Under the pieces are notes generated by a model. It did not search any database and was not told where the DNA came from. It was given only the letters and a program-made list of their open reading frames with translations. A stretch of 64,000 nt of DNA from an uncultured Nitrososphaerota archaeon (GTDB taxonomy: Archaea; Thermoproteota; Nitrososphaeria; Nitrososphaerales; Gagatemarchaeaceae). The stretch is from NCBI GenBank assembly GCA_963718895.1, contig CAVRAG010000008.1, positions 704,001 to 768,000 on the forward strand, written 5' to 3'. Shown one piece after another: positions 1 to 10,075 of this stretch (positions are counted from its first letter, which is position 1; each line of letters starts with the position of its first letter). Made by a program: the position numbers and the translations under genes.

Positions 1-76
1 AACTCGTGCGGGCATCGCCCCGCACCCGCTCTTTTGAGCGGATGGACAACCAGTATTGACCACCCCTGATTAACGG

Positions 77-427
77 GTGTTGGTCGGCTTGTCCCCTGTG
101 CCGGTAGATGTGAGGTTAGCGAAGGCCAGCGTCAGCGCGTTCGCTAGGACTTCACAGGACCTCATCGGCGTATCGACGATTGTGGCGAATCCTGAGACAA
201 AGAAGAGGATGAAGATGGTCGTGGACCCTCCGAACATGTCGAAGACATTGAGGAACATGGGGATCGTGCTCCTGGTCACCCCGGACCCGTTCACGGGCAT
301 CCCCGGCGCCGCGCTACTGGGAGCCTCGTACGCCATGAAGGAAAGGGAGGCAGCGAACCTCCAATCTCTCGCAGGGGAGACGGCTCGGACAGTGCGCATG
401 ATCCGCGACCTTCAATCGCTTCTCTGA
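77..427 (+). CDS. hypothetical protein with central hydrophobic hairpin (PDPFTGIPG); true start may be GTG at 98
   Basis: ORF track, GC3-rich codons, AT-rich GATTAAC box at 68-74. Confidence 0.6.
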   Translation: MLVGLSPVPVDVRLAKASVSAFARTSQDLIGVSTIVANPETKKRMKMVVDPPNMSKTLRNMGIVLLVTPDPFTGIPGAALLGASYAMKEREAANLQSLAGETARTVRMIRDLQSLL

Positions 428-477
428 CTTGCGAATTATTCTTAAGCAGCCTGAATTGGATTGTGAGGCAGTCGTCC

Positions 478-784
478 ATGGATGTGAAGCCGAGCAAGGG
501 ATTGAAGGTGAAGGTCAACGCGGTCAGGGAGGCGGTCTTCGGGGAGGACGGTGTCGAGGTGAAGAAAGCGGCGGTTCCGCCAGGGAAGAAGGCCTCCGGA
601 ACGATGACCGGGCGGACTCTTGTCGGGTACGCCGAGGTCGAGATGGAGGCACTCGATGGCACCAAGCACTGGTACCCCGTTGAACAGCTCACGACCGAGA
701 AGGATGAGAAGATAGTCGAGGAAGAGATCCCGATCGAGAATCAAGGAAGACTCCTCCGAAGAAGCGGAAGAAGACGAAGAGTGA
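478..784 (+). CDS. hypothetical small protein with acidic tail; +1 frameshift near 739
   Basis: ATG at 478. Removing one A in gag-a-atc gives ...EIPIEIKEDSSEEAEEDEE* ending at 784. Confidence 0.6.
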
Positions 785-844
785 CACCGTCGTCCGAATA
801 AGCTAAAACCCCGTTGAGATTTCACTGCAGAGCGATAGCACAAC

Positions 845-1804
845 TTGGAACGACACGAGCTCCCCGGAATAGCTGACATCGAAGCGGCGGCCAGACGCAT
901 TGAGGGAGTCGCGGTCAGGACCCCCCTGGTCGACTCACCCGCGCTCTCGAAAAGGTTGGGCCGACAGGTGTATCTGAAGCTCGAGTGCTTCCAGCCGATA
1001 CGCGTCTTCAAGATCAGGGGAGCGTACAACAAGCTCTCGCAGCTGAAGGCGGAGAGCGTCGTTGCTGTCTCCTCCGGCAACCACGGAATGGCCGTCGCTT
1101 TCTCGGCGAGGGCGTTCGGCAAGAAGTGCACGGTCTTCCTCCCGGAGAATCCCGTGAAGGAGAAGGCCGACGCCATCGCGGAGTACGGGGCCGCCATCGT
1201 GAAGTTCGGCAAGTACCACAACGAAAGAGAGGAGAAGGCACGACAGTTTGCCACCGAGACGGGAGCTGTCCTGGTGCACCCGTTCAACGACCCCGACATA
1301 ATCGCAGGTCAGGGGACCTGCGGCCTAGAGATCGCCGAGCAGCAGCCTGACGCCGACTCAGTTATCGTACCCGTGGGAGGCGGCGGGCTGATCTCGGGAA
1401 TCTCGATCGCCGTCAAGGCACGAAGCCCCGGAACGAAGGTCTTGGGAGTCGAGCCTGCGACCGCAGCCAAGCTCACCGCGTCGATGAAGGCCGGGAGACT
1501 CGTGAGCATCGAGAACCCGCACTCGATCGCAGACGGTCTAATCCCTCCCTCGGTGGGCGATCTGACCTTCAAGGCCTGCTCCGAGAACGTCAGCGGAGTG
1601 TTCACGGTGACGGACGACGAGATAATGGAGGCGATGAAGCTCCTCATCAGGGAGGCGAGGATATTCCCCGAGCCTTCCTCGGCGGCCTCTCTGGCGGCCC
1701 TCCTGACTGGGAAGGAGACTGATAAGCTGGGCGAGAAGGTCGTCCTCGTCGTCTCGGGCGGAAACGTCTCACAGAAGCTTCTGGGACAAATCCTCACGTC
1801 CTAG
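845..1804 (+). CDS. threonine/serine dehydratase family (PLP fold II)
   Basis: LKLECFQPIRVFKIRGA (PLP Lys), SSGNHG, HPFND, VPVGGGGL, EPSSA, SGGN motifs. Confidence 0.9.
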   Translation: MERHELPGIADIEAAARRIEGVAVRTPLVDSPALSKRLGRQVYLKLECFQPIRVFKIRGAYNKLSQLKAESVVAVSSGNHGMAVAFSARAFGKKCTVFLPENPVKEKADAIAEYGAAIVKFGKYHNEREEKARQFATETGAVLVHPFNDPDIIAGQGTCGLEIAEQQPDADSVIVPVGGGGLISGISIAVKARSPGTKVLGVEPATAAKLTASMKAGRLVSIENPHSIADGLIPPSVGDLTFKACSENVSGVFTVTDDEIMEAMKLLIREARIFPEPSSAASLAALLTGKETDKLGEKVVLVVSGGNVSQKLLGQILTS

Positions 1805-2727
1805 GCTCCAGCAGCGGGCGCGGGACCCGCAGTGCGGATTTCGACGGCGCTTTCCAGGCAAGACTCTCAGGATGGAGCATCGGCGCGAGCATCTCCAACC
1901 CGTCGACCAGTCTCGGCCCGGGGCGTGAGAAGTACGATGAGCCGTCGGCAGCAAAGACCATCCCCTCCCTGACGGCCGCGAGGTCGCGCCAGCCGGAGTC
2001 CGGAGAGCAACCCGACGTCGGCGACCGCCCTCTGGACACCGAACCCGCAGGGGATCAGGACCAGGACCTCGGGGTCGTAGGCCACCACCGACTCCCAATC
2101 CACCCTCTTCGACTCGTTCCCGGCGGAGCCGAGACCTTCCTCTCCACCGGCCAGTCCCACCATCTCTGGTACCCAGTGACCTGAGGCGAAGACCGGGTCG
2201 TACCACTCGACGCAGAAGACGCGAGGGACGGAGAGACCGGCGACATTCGACTTCACCTGATCGATTCGGCTCCGAAGTCCGCGCACGAGCTGGGCAGCCT
2301 GCACCTGGGCACCGCACGCCCTCCCGATCGCTGTGATGTCTTGCAGGACTCCCTCGAGCCCCCGCGGCCTGAGCGAAATCACCTCGCACTCGCTGGACAG
2401 GTCGGACATCGTCTTCAGGGTCTCCCGAAGCGAGACCGAGCAGACTTCGCAGAGGTCCTGCGTCAGCACGACGTCGGGCTTCCGCTCGGCGAGGAGTTGC
2501 CTGTTGATCCGGTAGAGGCCGTGACCGTGGGAGAGGCTCTCGACCACCCGCGAATCGATTGCGCCCTGCGCCAGACCCGAAGGGTCCAGAAGTGACTGGA
2601 CGACGACGGGCTTCCTCCTCGCATCAGGGGGGAAGTCGCATTCACTAGTGACACCGCAGAGCTGGTCCCCCAGGCCGAGCGCGTAGACGGTCTCGGTGGC
2701 GCTCGGGAGGAACGAGTAGATCCTCAA
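1794..2727 (-). CDS. cobalamin/Fe-siderophore-type ABC substrate-binding protein (BtuF-like), frameshift near 1997
   Basis: SFLPSATE, ECDFP, TQDLCEVC, GHWVPEM, PCGF; C-terminus DGSSYFSRPGPRLVDGLE lies in ORF 1794..2039. Confidence 0.8.
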
Positions 2728-2783
2728 ACCCTGGATTCCCGAGTCAGATGCGAATTTAGAGGTTCCTCCGCGACAGGCCGTGG

Positions 2784-2790
2784 TTTATAA
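2784..2790 (+). promoter_or_regulatory. archaeal TATA box of the nurA-herA operon
   Basis: TTTATAA ending 25 nt before ATG 2815. Confidence 0.6.
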
Positions 2791-2814
2791 CACGACCCGC
2801 TTTCTCGGTCCAGG

Positions 2815-4584
2815 ATGTCAAGCGAGATAGCCGGCAGGCTCTCCGAACAGACCAAGGGGCTGGTCTCGAGGTTCGAGGGGAGGGTAGCCAGGTTCGAGGG
2901 GAGAGAGGACCTCCTGGGCCTGCTCAGACCGCTGGACAGGGATGCGGCGAACGCCCTCGCAAGGGAGTACTTCGGCGAGGGTGACCACCTCGCCATGGGA
3001 ATCGACGGCTCCAGGGACTTCGATGAAAGGCTGCAGATGATGCTATTCTACGCCAACGCCACCGGCTACTCTTGTCCGTTCCACGTGGGAAAGGAGATCA
3101 CGTTCGACCTGGCGGGCGCCAGAAGGGAGGGCAGGCTCTCGGCCTCGGCCGCCATCCCCCTCTGGGCCGAGGACTTCTCGGACGTTCTCCCGGACCTGCC
3201 CGAGGTCGAGCTCGAGCTGGAGTACTCGATGCAGCGCATCCCGAACTCGTTCATGACCCTGGCTGAGCTCTATCTGGGGGCCAGGGCGACAGAGAAGGCG
3301 AGGATAATCTTCATGGACAGACCGCTCTCCGGCACCTACTCCGCGCTCGCAAGGGACGCGAGGCTTCTCCTCAGGACCGGTTCGACCAATCTCTCCAAGA
3401 TGTCCGGGCAGGAGGGACGAGACACCATGCTGGACATCAGCCTTGCCGTGACCATGGGGGCGCCCTCCTTCTCCATCCCGAACCGGAGGAAGTTCGACGC
3501 CCACAGAGCGCTCCGCGAGCTGATGAAGGGAGAGCTTTCACGCGGTGAGCTGGCACAGAGGCTATCCTTCGACGAGAGGCAGCTCGCGACCGCCCTGAAG
3601 CGCCTCAAGAGGTTCGACGAGAAGCACTCGGGGGGTCTCCTCGAGGAGACGGGAGGAACCACGCTGAGGCTCAGGGACGGAGTGAGCGACTACTGGGACA
3701 ACTCGGTCGCTCTTGCGGAGGAGTACGCCCGGCGGGTGTACGAAAGGGGCGAGCCCCCTCTCAACCTCGGAGACGACGATTGGCTCACCATCCTCGACGT
3801 GAACGCCGTCGCCCTGATCATGCTGCAAAGGCTCTGCGAACTCTCCATCCAGAGGAAGGTGCTGCTCGTGGGAGTGGCGAAGGACACGACCGCGACGGAG
3901 ATCAGCAGGGCCGTCCTCCCCTTCGCGACCTCCAAGGGGCTGCTCAGCCTCAAGTCCAAGCCCCCCGGGCTGAACAACGACAGGGCGTTCCTGAGCATCC
4001 TCGGCTCGATGAACAGGCAGTTCCTGCCCCCCTGGAGGACATCGGGATACGACTCGGCGTTCACCACCATCTTCGCCCCGAAGGGCGAGGGGAGGTTCAC
4101 TCCCGCCAGGAAGGTCGTCTCCCGCGAGGAGCTGTTCGTGCGCGGCTACTTCCAGTCGGGGAGCCTCGGCGGCCGCGGCAAGATCAGGTCGCAGGTCTTC
4201 TTCTTCGACAGGGTCTTCGACCCTGACTCGGACGCCGGCTCGCTGGGCAGCCTTGACGTCGAGGAGGCGGGACGCACCATCGTAGTCACCCCCTACTACG
4301 AGGGTGCAGCGCTCTGCCAGAGCTCAAACCTCATCCTGAACATCCTCTCGCTCACCGACAACCCAGAGGTCTACGAGGCTTTCGGCCACAACCAGCTCCT
4401 GTATCTCGCCGACAAGGCCGTGAAGTCGGAGATCAGGCTCATGCGGAGCTCGCTCAGGGGCGTCGCAGACCTGAGGCTCGGCGCGATCTCGAAACGGGAA
4501 CAGGTTTACGGGATCATGACGCCTTATAGAGACCAGCGGTCGGAGGCAGAGGCGTCGCGAATGAGAGAGGCTTCGAGAAGTTGA
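2815..4584 (+). CDS. nurA: NurA-family 5'-3' nuclease (long form with an inserted winged-helix-like segment)
   Basis: MGIDGS, IFMDRPL, VGVAKDT, C-terminal GHNQLLYLADKAVK; overlaps herA. Confidence 0.8.
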   Translation: MSSEIAGRLSEQTKGLVSRFEGRVARFEGREDLLGLLRPLDRDAANALAREYFGEGDHLAMGIDGSRDFDERLQMMLFYANATGYSCPFHVGKEITFDLAGARREGRLSASAAIPLWAEDFSDVLPDLPEVELELEYSMQRIPNSFMTLAELYLGARATEKARIIFMDRPLSGTYSALARDARLLLRTGSTNLSKMSGQEGRDTMLDISLAVTMGAPSFSIPNRRKFDAHRALRELMKGELSRGELAQRLSFDERQLATALKRLKRFDEKHSGGLLEETGGTTLRLRDGVSDYWDNSVALAEEYARRVYERGEPPLNLGDDDWLTILDVNAVALIMLQRLCELSIQRKVLLVGVAKDTTATEISRAVLPFATSKGLLSLKSKPPGLNNDRAFLSILGSMNRQFLPPWRTSGYDSAFTTIFAPKGEGRFTPARKVVSREELFVRGYFQSGSLGGRGKIRSQVFFFDRVFDPDSDAGSLGSLDVEEAGRTIVVTPYYEGAALCQSSNLILNILSLTDNPEVYEAFGHNQLLYLADKAVKSEIRLMRSSLRGVADLRLGAISKREQVYGIMTPYRDQRSEAEASRMREASRS

Positions 4585-6353
4585 GCGCCCGGCCCGACGG
4601 CATCTTCGACGACATGGACGGGAAGTTCGACGCCAGGCTGAGGCGGGTCTTCCCATCCACGAAGACCGCGAAGAACGGAGACCAGGAGATCGTCGTCACC
4701 AACATCGTGGCAAACGTCGAAGCGAGGTTTGACTTCCAGACGCTGGAGCGGTTGTACTCACCGAACTTCGTCGCCATAGAGAGGCAGGGGAAGGGGGCGG
4801 GCAGCTACCTGATCTTCGAGGTCGTCGGGGTCAACCCCATGCACTTCCAGATGCTCGGGATGGACGTCTCGATGCCGACCCTCCTCCGGAGGGAGTACCT
4901 CGACACGATAAGCGAGAGCTGGGGCAGGTCGCAGGAGACGTGGATCGACATGGGGGCGATCCCGACGTGGTACTCGATGACCGTCGAGGGCGGGAAGGTG
5001 ACCTTCGACAAGTCGCGGGTCCTTCCCCTCGCGGGCGCCAAGGTCTATCTCCTCTCGAGGAAGACCGTCGAGGAGTTCCTGTGCGTCCCCAGGGGCGAGG
5101 TCGTGGGGACGATGCTAGGGTTCGAACTCCCTCTTACGATAAGTCTCGACAATCTGATCAGATATCATGCGGCCCTCTTTGGCTTCACCGGATCTGGAAA
5201 ATCCAACCTCACTAGCATTCTGTTACGAAAGGTCATGAGGTCCAGCCCCGACATCACGACGATAGTCCTCGATGTCTCCGGGGAGTACGCCACGCACCTC
5301 ATAGACCTGCTCGAGGAGGACGGCAGGATCCTCTCCTATGAGACCCTCGACGACCCCCAGCAGCTCTACAACTCGCAGGTGATACCCGAGAGCCTGGAGG
5401 GGACGGTCAGCGACGAGGCCATCCGGGGGATATTCTCCGGCCTGCTTTCTAAGAAACTCGTGCAGAGGCTCTCCTCCGGCACGGGCACATCGGCGCTCGA
5501 CCTTGCGGCATTGGAGCAGCTGCTAGTGACCACGGCGGACGACGGAAAGTCAGGGGCGGTGGCCGCCAGGATAGGGCTCGAGAAGCTGACGAGCAGGTTC
5601 TTCAGGGAGCTCAAGCTCCAGAGGAGCACCAAGCTCGCCGAGCTGGACGATGCCGCCAAGGCCGAGCTGCTCACCCTCATCGACGGCATAAAGGGGAAGG
5701 TGAACGATAGGACCTCCCTGTTCTCGGAGCTCAGCGCCATAGCGGAGTACATCGAGGAGCCGGTCCGGGCCGAAGCTGAGGGAGACGAGGACGAGCTGAC
5801 GCCGGAACGCCTGGCGTGGCAGGTCGTGAAAGAGGAAGCGCCGAGGCTCAACGTCCTCTACCTTCCCGACCCGAAGGAGGCGAGGATGGTCGCCAGCCGC
5901 CTGATCAACAGGCTTCTCTATCTGAGGAAGAAGCAGGGCAGCCGAAAGAAGGTGCTGATAGTCCTGGACGAAGCCCAGGAGTACATTCCTGGCGAGCCAC
6001 GGGAGAGAGATGGTACGATACAGTCGAACATCGCGGTCGAGGCACTGCTGAGACAGGGCAGGAAGTACAGGATCCATTGCTGGCTGGCAACGCAGAGGGT
6101 CGCACGCCTGAACGTCTCGGCGCTCCAGCAGGTCCACAGCTACTTTGTGAGCACCCTCCCGAGGTTCTACGACAGGATGGTGATCTCGGAGTCCTTCGCG
6201 CTGCCGCTCGAGGTGCTGGAAAGGACGGCGCAGCTGGACACCGGGGAGTGGATCTTCGTCTCCTACAAGGCGACGAAGCGCAAGAACGTCCCAGTCTTTC
6301 TCAGGACGGAGGACAACGAGAAGGTGATAGCAGCCTTTCTGAAGGACAGATAG
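4581..6353 (+). CDS. herA: HerA/DUF87 FtsK-HerA family ATPase (DNA translocase)
   Basis: Walker A GFTGSGKS, LDVSGEY, Walker B IVLDEAQEY, RQGRKY, ATQR. Confidence 0.9.
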   Translation: MSARPDGIFDDMDGKFDARLRRVFPSTKTAKNGDQEIVVTNIVANVEARFDFQTLERLYSPNFVAIERQGKGAGSYLIFEVVGVNPMHFQMLGMDVSMPTLLRREYLDTISESWGRSQETWIDMGAIPTWYSMTVEGGKVTFDKSRVLPLAGAKVYLLSRKTVEEFLCVPRGEVVGTMLGFELPLTISLDNLIRYHAALFGFTGSGKSNLTSILLRKVMRSSPDITTIVLDVSGEYATHLIDLLEEDGRILSYETLDDPQQLYNSQVIPESLEGTVSDEAIRGIFSGLLSKKLVQRLSSGTGTSALDLAALEQLLVTTADDGKSGAVAARIGLEKLTSRFFRELKLQRSTKLAELDDAAKAELLTLIDGIKGKVNDRTSLFSELSAIAEYIEEPVRAEAEGDEDELTPERLAWQVVKEEAPRLNVLYLPDPKEARMVASRLINRLLYLRKKQGSRKKVLIVLDEAQEYIPGEPRERDGTIQSNIAVEALLRQGRKYRIHCWLATQRVARLNVSALQQVHSYFVSTLPRFYDRMVISESFALPLEVLERTAQLDTGEWIFVSYKATKRKNVPVFLRTEDNEKVIAAFLKDR

Positions 6354-6492
6354 GCAGGCGGCCCATCAAGAGCTTTTCCGAACTTAAGTTCGTGCGATCG
6401 GCGCAAGCTGCGCCCCTGTTCGACACCAGGCGTATTGACATCCCGTCGAAGAATAGCTTAATAGTTGACGATGGAGCGGGCCCAGTTCACCT

Positions 6493-7866
6493 ATGACAAG
6501 AGTTGGAATAGAGGCACTTTACGTTTATTCGCCCGGATACTACGTCGACAACGCGGAGCTTGCGGTGGCGAGGGGCAAGGAGCCGAGGCACTTCACCGAG
6601 GGCGTGGGGATCAAAGCCTTCGCGGTGCCGCCGCCCAACGAAGACCAGGCGAGCATGGCCGCGACCGCCGCGCACCGGCTGATGGATGCCTACGGGATCT
6701 CGCCTTCGGACATCTTCAGGATAGACACCCCGACCGAGAGCGCCTTGGACTCGTCGAGGGCCCTGGTCTCCGACGTGGTCGGGATGCTGGAACAGGCCTA
6801 CGGGAAGGGTAGTCTATCCCACGTCCTCGGTTACGAGCAGAAGTTCGCCTGCGTGAGCGGGATGGAGAGATACATGGACACGTCCGCCTGGTTCGCGGCC
6901 AAGTGGAACCTGAGGAAGTATGCGCTCATCCTCGCCACGGACGTCGCAAAGTACAATCTGAACAGCGGGGAGGAGCCGACCCAGGGAGCGGCCGCGGCCG
7001 CTCTGCTCATCGGGAACGACGCGAGGGTCCTCGAGATTGTGCCTGGACAGATAGGTTCCGCCCTGAGGCACGAGATGAGGGACTTCAAGAAACCGGGAGC
7101 CAGGACCATCGCGATGGTCGACGGAGCGGTCTCCTACGCCTCCTACCTCACCGAGATGAAGGAGGCCTGGCTGAACTACCAGTCGGCGATTGCCCAGGCC
7201 GGGCTGATAAGGCCAAAGCCGGACCAGTCGACACTGGACTTCATCGACAGGGCGATCTACCACAACCCGCACAAGAAGATGGTGATATCCGCCTACGCCT
7301 CCCTCCTTATCCACGAGTGGAGGGACCTTCCCCGCTGGAAGAAGATCGAGGAGGAGATAGGGCCGGAGCCATCCCGCGCTGGGATGGGCGACCTCGAGTA
7401 CTACATGAGCGAGGGATACAAGGACTACAGGCGGAAGTTCATGAAGGCGCCTCAGTTCGCCAGCGACTTCGAGGAGCACATCGGAAGCTCACTGATCGCG
7501 CCTGACCTCATAGGGAACTCGTACTCCGTCTCGGTCTTCGTGGGGCTCGACAGCCTCCTCGAGAACGACAAGGAGGACCTGACCGGGAAGACGGTCGTCC
7601 TGTGCGGGTACGGGAGCGGGAGCCACGCCGTGATCCTCGGGAACAGGATTCCCGAAGGGTACAGGGAGGTCTCCAAGAGGCTTGACTTGATGCAGTTACT
7701 TGGGGCCAGAAGGAAGCTCAGCATCGAGGAGTACGAGCGGATCCATCGGGGGGAGATCAAACCGGAGGAGTGGGCGGCCGGCACGGGAAAGAAGTTCCTT
7801 TTGAACAGCATAGGGAAGAAGGAGACGCCCTCCGAGGGCGACAGAGAGTACACGCTCGTGGGCTAG
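6493..7866 (+). CDS. hydroxymethylglutaryl-CoA synthase (haloarchaeal/bacterial-like type)
   Basis: EDQASMAA, TES, catalytic EQKFACVSG, TDVAKY..GEEPTQGA, GNSYS, GYGSG. Confidence 0.9.
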   Translation: MTRVGIEALYVYSPGYYVDNAELAVARGKEPRHFTEGVGIKAFAVPPPNEDQASMAATAAHRLMDAYGISPSDIFRIDTPTESALDSSRALVSDVVGMLEQAYGKGSLSHVLGYEQKFACVSGMERYMDTSAWFAAKWNLRKYALILATDVAKYNLNSGEEPTQGAAAAALLIGNDARVLEIVPGQIGSALRHEMRDFKKPGARTIAMVDGAVSYASYLTEMKEAWLNYQSAIAQAGLIRPKPDQSTLDFIDRAIYHNPHKKMVISAYASLLIHEWRDLPRWKKIEEEIGPEPSRAGMGDLEYYMSEGYKDYRRKFMKAPQFASDFEEHIGSSLIAPDLIGNSYSVSVFVGLDSLLENDKEDLTGKTVVLCGYGSGSHAVILGNRIPEGYREVSKRLDLMQLLGARRKLSIEEYERIHRGEIKPEEWAAGTGKKFLLNSIGKKETPSEGDREYTLVG

Positions 7867-7943
7867 TGCTCTCGTTAGCATCCCGAACCCGGTGGCGGTT
7901 CATGATATGCAGGGAATTCGTGCCTAGTCCCGGCTCTTGAGGT

Positions 7944-8600
7944 CTACTGGGCTACTGAGGGCGACGGATGCGGAGGCGGTATGTCCATCGGAGTCGGCGG
8001 GGGTTCCAGGGAGGTGTCGTCGGGCATCGAGAAGAAGGCTACGACTATCAGGATGTCTGCTACGAAGAGGACGGCAAGCCCTACCACGACTATGGTGAGG
8101 GCAGCACCGATGAGATAGACGAGCGCGGCGGTAGCGAACATCTTCACGTTCAGCCTCGTGGAGACCTTGGTGAAGGCCCTCCTCAGGAAGATGGCCGATG
8201 GGATGAGGAAGACCCAGATCAGGACCAGCCCGACAACAGCGCCCACAACCAGGGGTCCGAGGCCCACGACGTTGCCCGAGGCGAACGATGTCCTGTTGAG
8301 GCTGCGCAGGGCTGCGAGCCCAGACGATGAGTCCCACCCGTTCTGGTGGACGAACCGCAGGGCGCTCGCAATTACGACCAGCACCCCGATGACAATGCCC
8401 ACTATTGCGAGGACGACGGCGATCATCATGTCCCTGAATATCGACCTGTCCTTGACGACGTCGGCGATGTTGCTCACCGCGATGAGCACCAGGATCCACC
8501 CGACTATGGCGAGGAGCGTCCCCCAGGGCTGGAAGACGAAGAGCAAAATCATGAGTGAGCCGATGCCACCGAAGGTACGGGCCGTGGACAGCGAGCCCAA
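7944..8600 (-). CDS. DUF996-family membrane protein
   Basis: TTG start at 8600 (LGSLSTARTFGGIGSL), VGWILVLIAV..I.D...D.SIF, FATAALVYLIGA; paralog of 62259..62912. Confidence 0.8.
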   Translation of the reverse strand: MGSLSTARTFGGIGSLMILLFVFQPWGTLLAIVGWILVLIAVSNIADVVKDRSIFRDMMIAVVLAIVGIVIGVLVVIASALRFVHQNGWDSSSGLAALRSLNRTSFASGNVVGLGPLVVGAVVGLVLIWVFLIPSAIFLRRAFTKVSTRLNVKMFATAALVYLIGAALTIVVVGLAVLFVADILIVVAFFSMPDDTSLEPPPTPMDIPPPHPSPSVAQ

Positions 8601-8653
8601 GTCACTTGCGCCCTTCGAATATCTGCTAATAAGCGCGGCGCGTGCTAAAACCG

Positions 8654-9259
8654 TCAGAGGCGTCGCTGGGTCTTTCCCTCGGTGATGACGTAGAGATGGT
8701 CCGCGAGCGTGCCCTCCGGCTCCTCCTGGGTCGTGAAGATCACATCTACCTCCGACTCGGACGCGAGCTTCCGGTAGGCCGTGATGAAGGCTTCCCTGTC
8801 GTGGATGTTGGTGAAGGCCTCGTCGACCAGGATGGCATTGGGAGAGGCGAGCAGGGCGGTAGCCAGCGAGACCCTCTCCCTCATCCCCAGGCTGAGGTCT
8901 CTTGCTCGGCCGCCGAAGTCGATCCCGAGGTCCGCCTTCACCCTGGAGACCCGCCCCTCGTCCAGTCGGACCTTCCGGAGCGTGGCACCCCACCTGAGAT
9001 GAGAGTCCACTGAGAGATGGGGGATCGAGGAACCTGGGGTCACCATCACGACGCCTCTTCTCTCGACAGGTTGCCGGGTCACATCCTTCCCGCCGATCTT
9101 CACAAATCCCCGGTCGATTGACAGCTGCCCCGCTATCGTCCTGAGGAAGCAGGTCTTTCCGGAGCCGTTCTTTCCCGTCAGACAGATGAACCCTGCGTCA
9201 GTGAGCTCGGCGGACAAGGAGAAGGCCCCCAGCTTGCGCCTGACATTCGCCTCTATCAT
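8654..9259 (-). CDS. wtpC: molybdate/tungstate ABC transporter ATPase
   Basis: GKNGSGKT, LSLGMRERV, LVDEAF; last gene of the operon. Confidence 0.8.
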   Translation of the reverse strand: MIEANVRRKLGAFSLSAELTDAGFICLTGKNGSGKTCFLRTIAGQLSIDRGFVKIGGKDVTRQPVERRGVVMVTPGSSIPHLSVDSHLRWGATLRKVRLDEGRVSRVKADLGIDFGGRARDLSLGMRERVSLATALLASPNAILVDEAFTNIHDREAFITAYRKLASESEVDVIFTTQEEPEGTLADHLYVITEGKTQRRL

Positions 9260-10041
9260 GTGCGACGCCCCCTCCTCCTGACGAAGTGGCCCGCCAGGGC
9301 TATCGGCAGGGCGACGAGGATCATGGCAGCCGAAGCGGTCACTGCGGCGTAGAGGCCCCCCGACATCGCGCCGCTGTAGAGCTCGAAGATCGTCACCGAC
9401 GCAGAGCTCACGCCGTAGAACGGGTACTGAAGCACGTAGAAGGCGATTATGGAGATCGACCCGAACTCGCTCAGCGCCCGGCTCATCGAAATCAGAGAAG
9501 CGCTCGTCAGCCCATCGAACGAATCCGGGAGCACGACGGAGAAGAGAGTCCGGAGCCGGGACGCACCGAGGCCCATCGCGAAGTCCTCTGCTGAAGGGTC
9601 TTTGGACTCAAAGTACGGCTGTATGGCCTTGACGTAGATCGGGGCAGACATTATCACCAGCGCGGCGACGAGCCCGAGTATGGTGTTGTAGAAGTTGATG
9701 TGGAGACCCAGGAGGAACTTCCCTGTCGGAGTGATAGGGCTGTCGAGGATGAGGAGCGCCACCCCGATGATCGGGTGGGGGACGCTGATTGGGATGTCCA
9801 CGAGCGACTCTGCGAGGCGGTCCTCCCCCCTCGCCAAGTAGTAGGCGAGCGGCGTGAACAGGAGGATATCGACCGCAACCGCCAGCGCAGAGGAGAGGAG
9901 CGAGAGCTCGATCGAGCGAAAGACGGCGTCGCTGTAGCCGGCTGGGTTGCGGAATGGACCGAGGCCGTAGTAGAGGAGGACGACGATGGGAACGAGGAGG
10001 AGGACCAGTGCACCGATGGAGATGGCCCTAAGCCAGTTCAT
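9256..10041 (-). CDS. wtpB: molybdate/tungstate ABC transporter permease
   Basis: DIPISVPH, EDFAMGLGAS (EAA loop), RALSEFG. Confidence 0.85.
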   Translation of the reverse strand: MNWLRAISIGALVLLLVPIVVLLYYGLGPFRNPAGYSDAVFRSIELSLLSSALAVAVDILLFTPLAYYLARGEDRLAESLVDIPISVPHPIIGVALLILDSPITPTGKFLLGLHINFYNTILGLVAALVIMSAPIYVKAIQPYFESKDPSAEDFAMGLGASRLRTLFSVVLPDSFDGLTSASLISMSRALSEFGSISIIAFYVLQYPFYGVSSASVTIFELYSGAMSGGLYAAVTASAAMILVALPIALAGHFVRRRGRRT

Positions 10042-10075
10042 CTTTGGTGCGCCAGTACCTGTCGGGTGGGGCCCG

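Noticed and set aside
6493-7866. HMG-CoA synthase without thiolase/DUF35 neighbours as a sign of recent transfer
   Set aside because: This type is the usual form in Nitrososphaerota and haloarchaea, and codon use matches the neighbours
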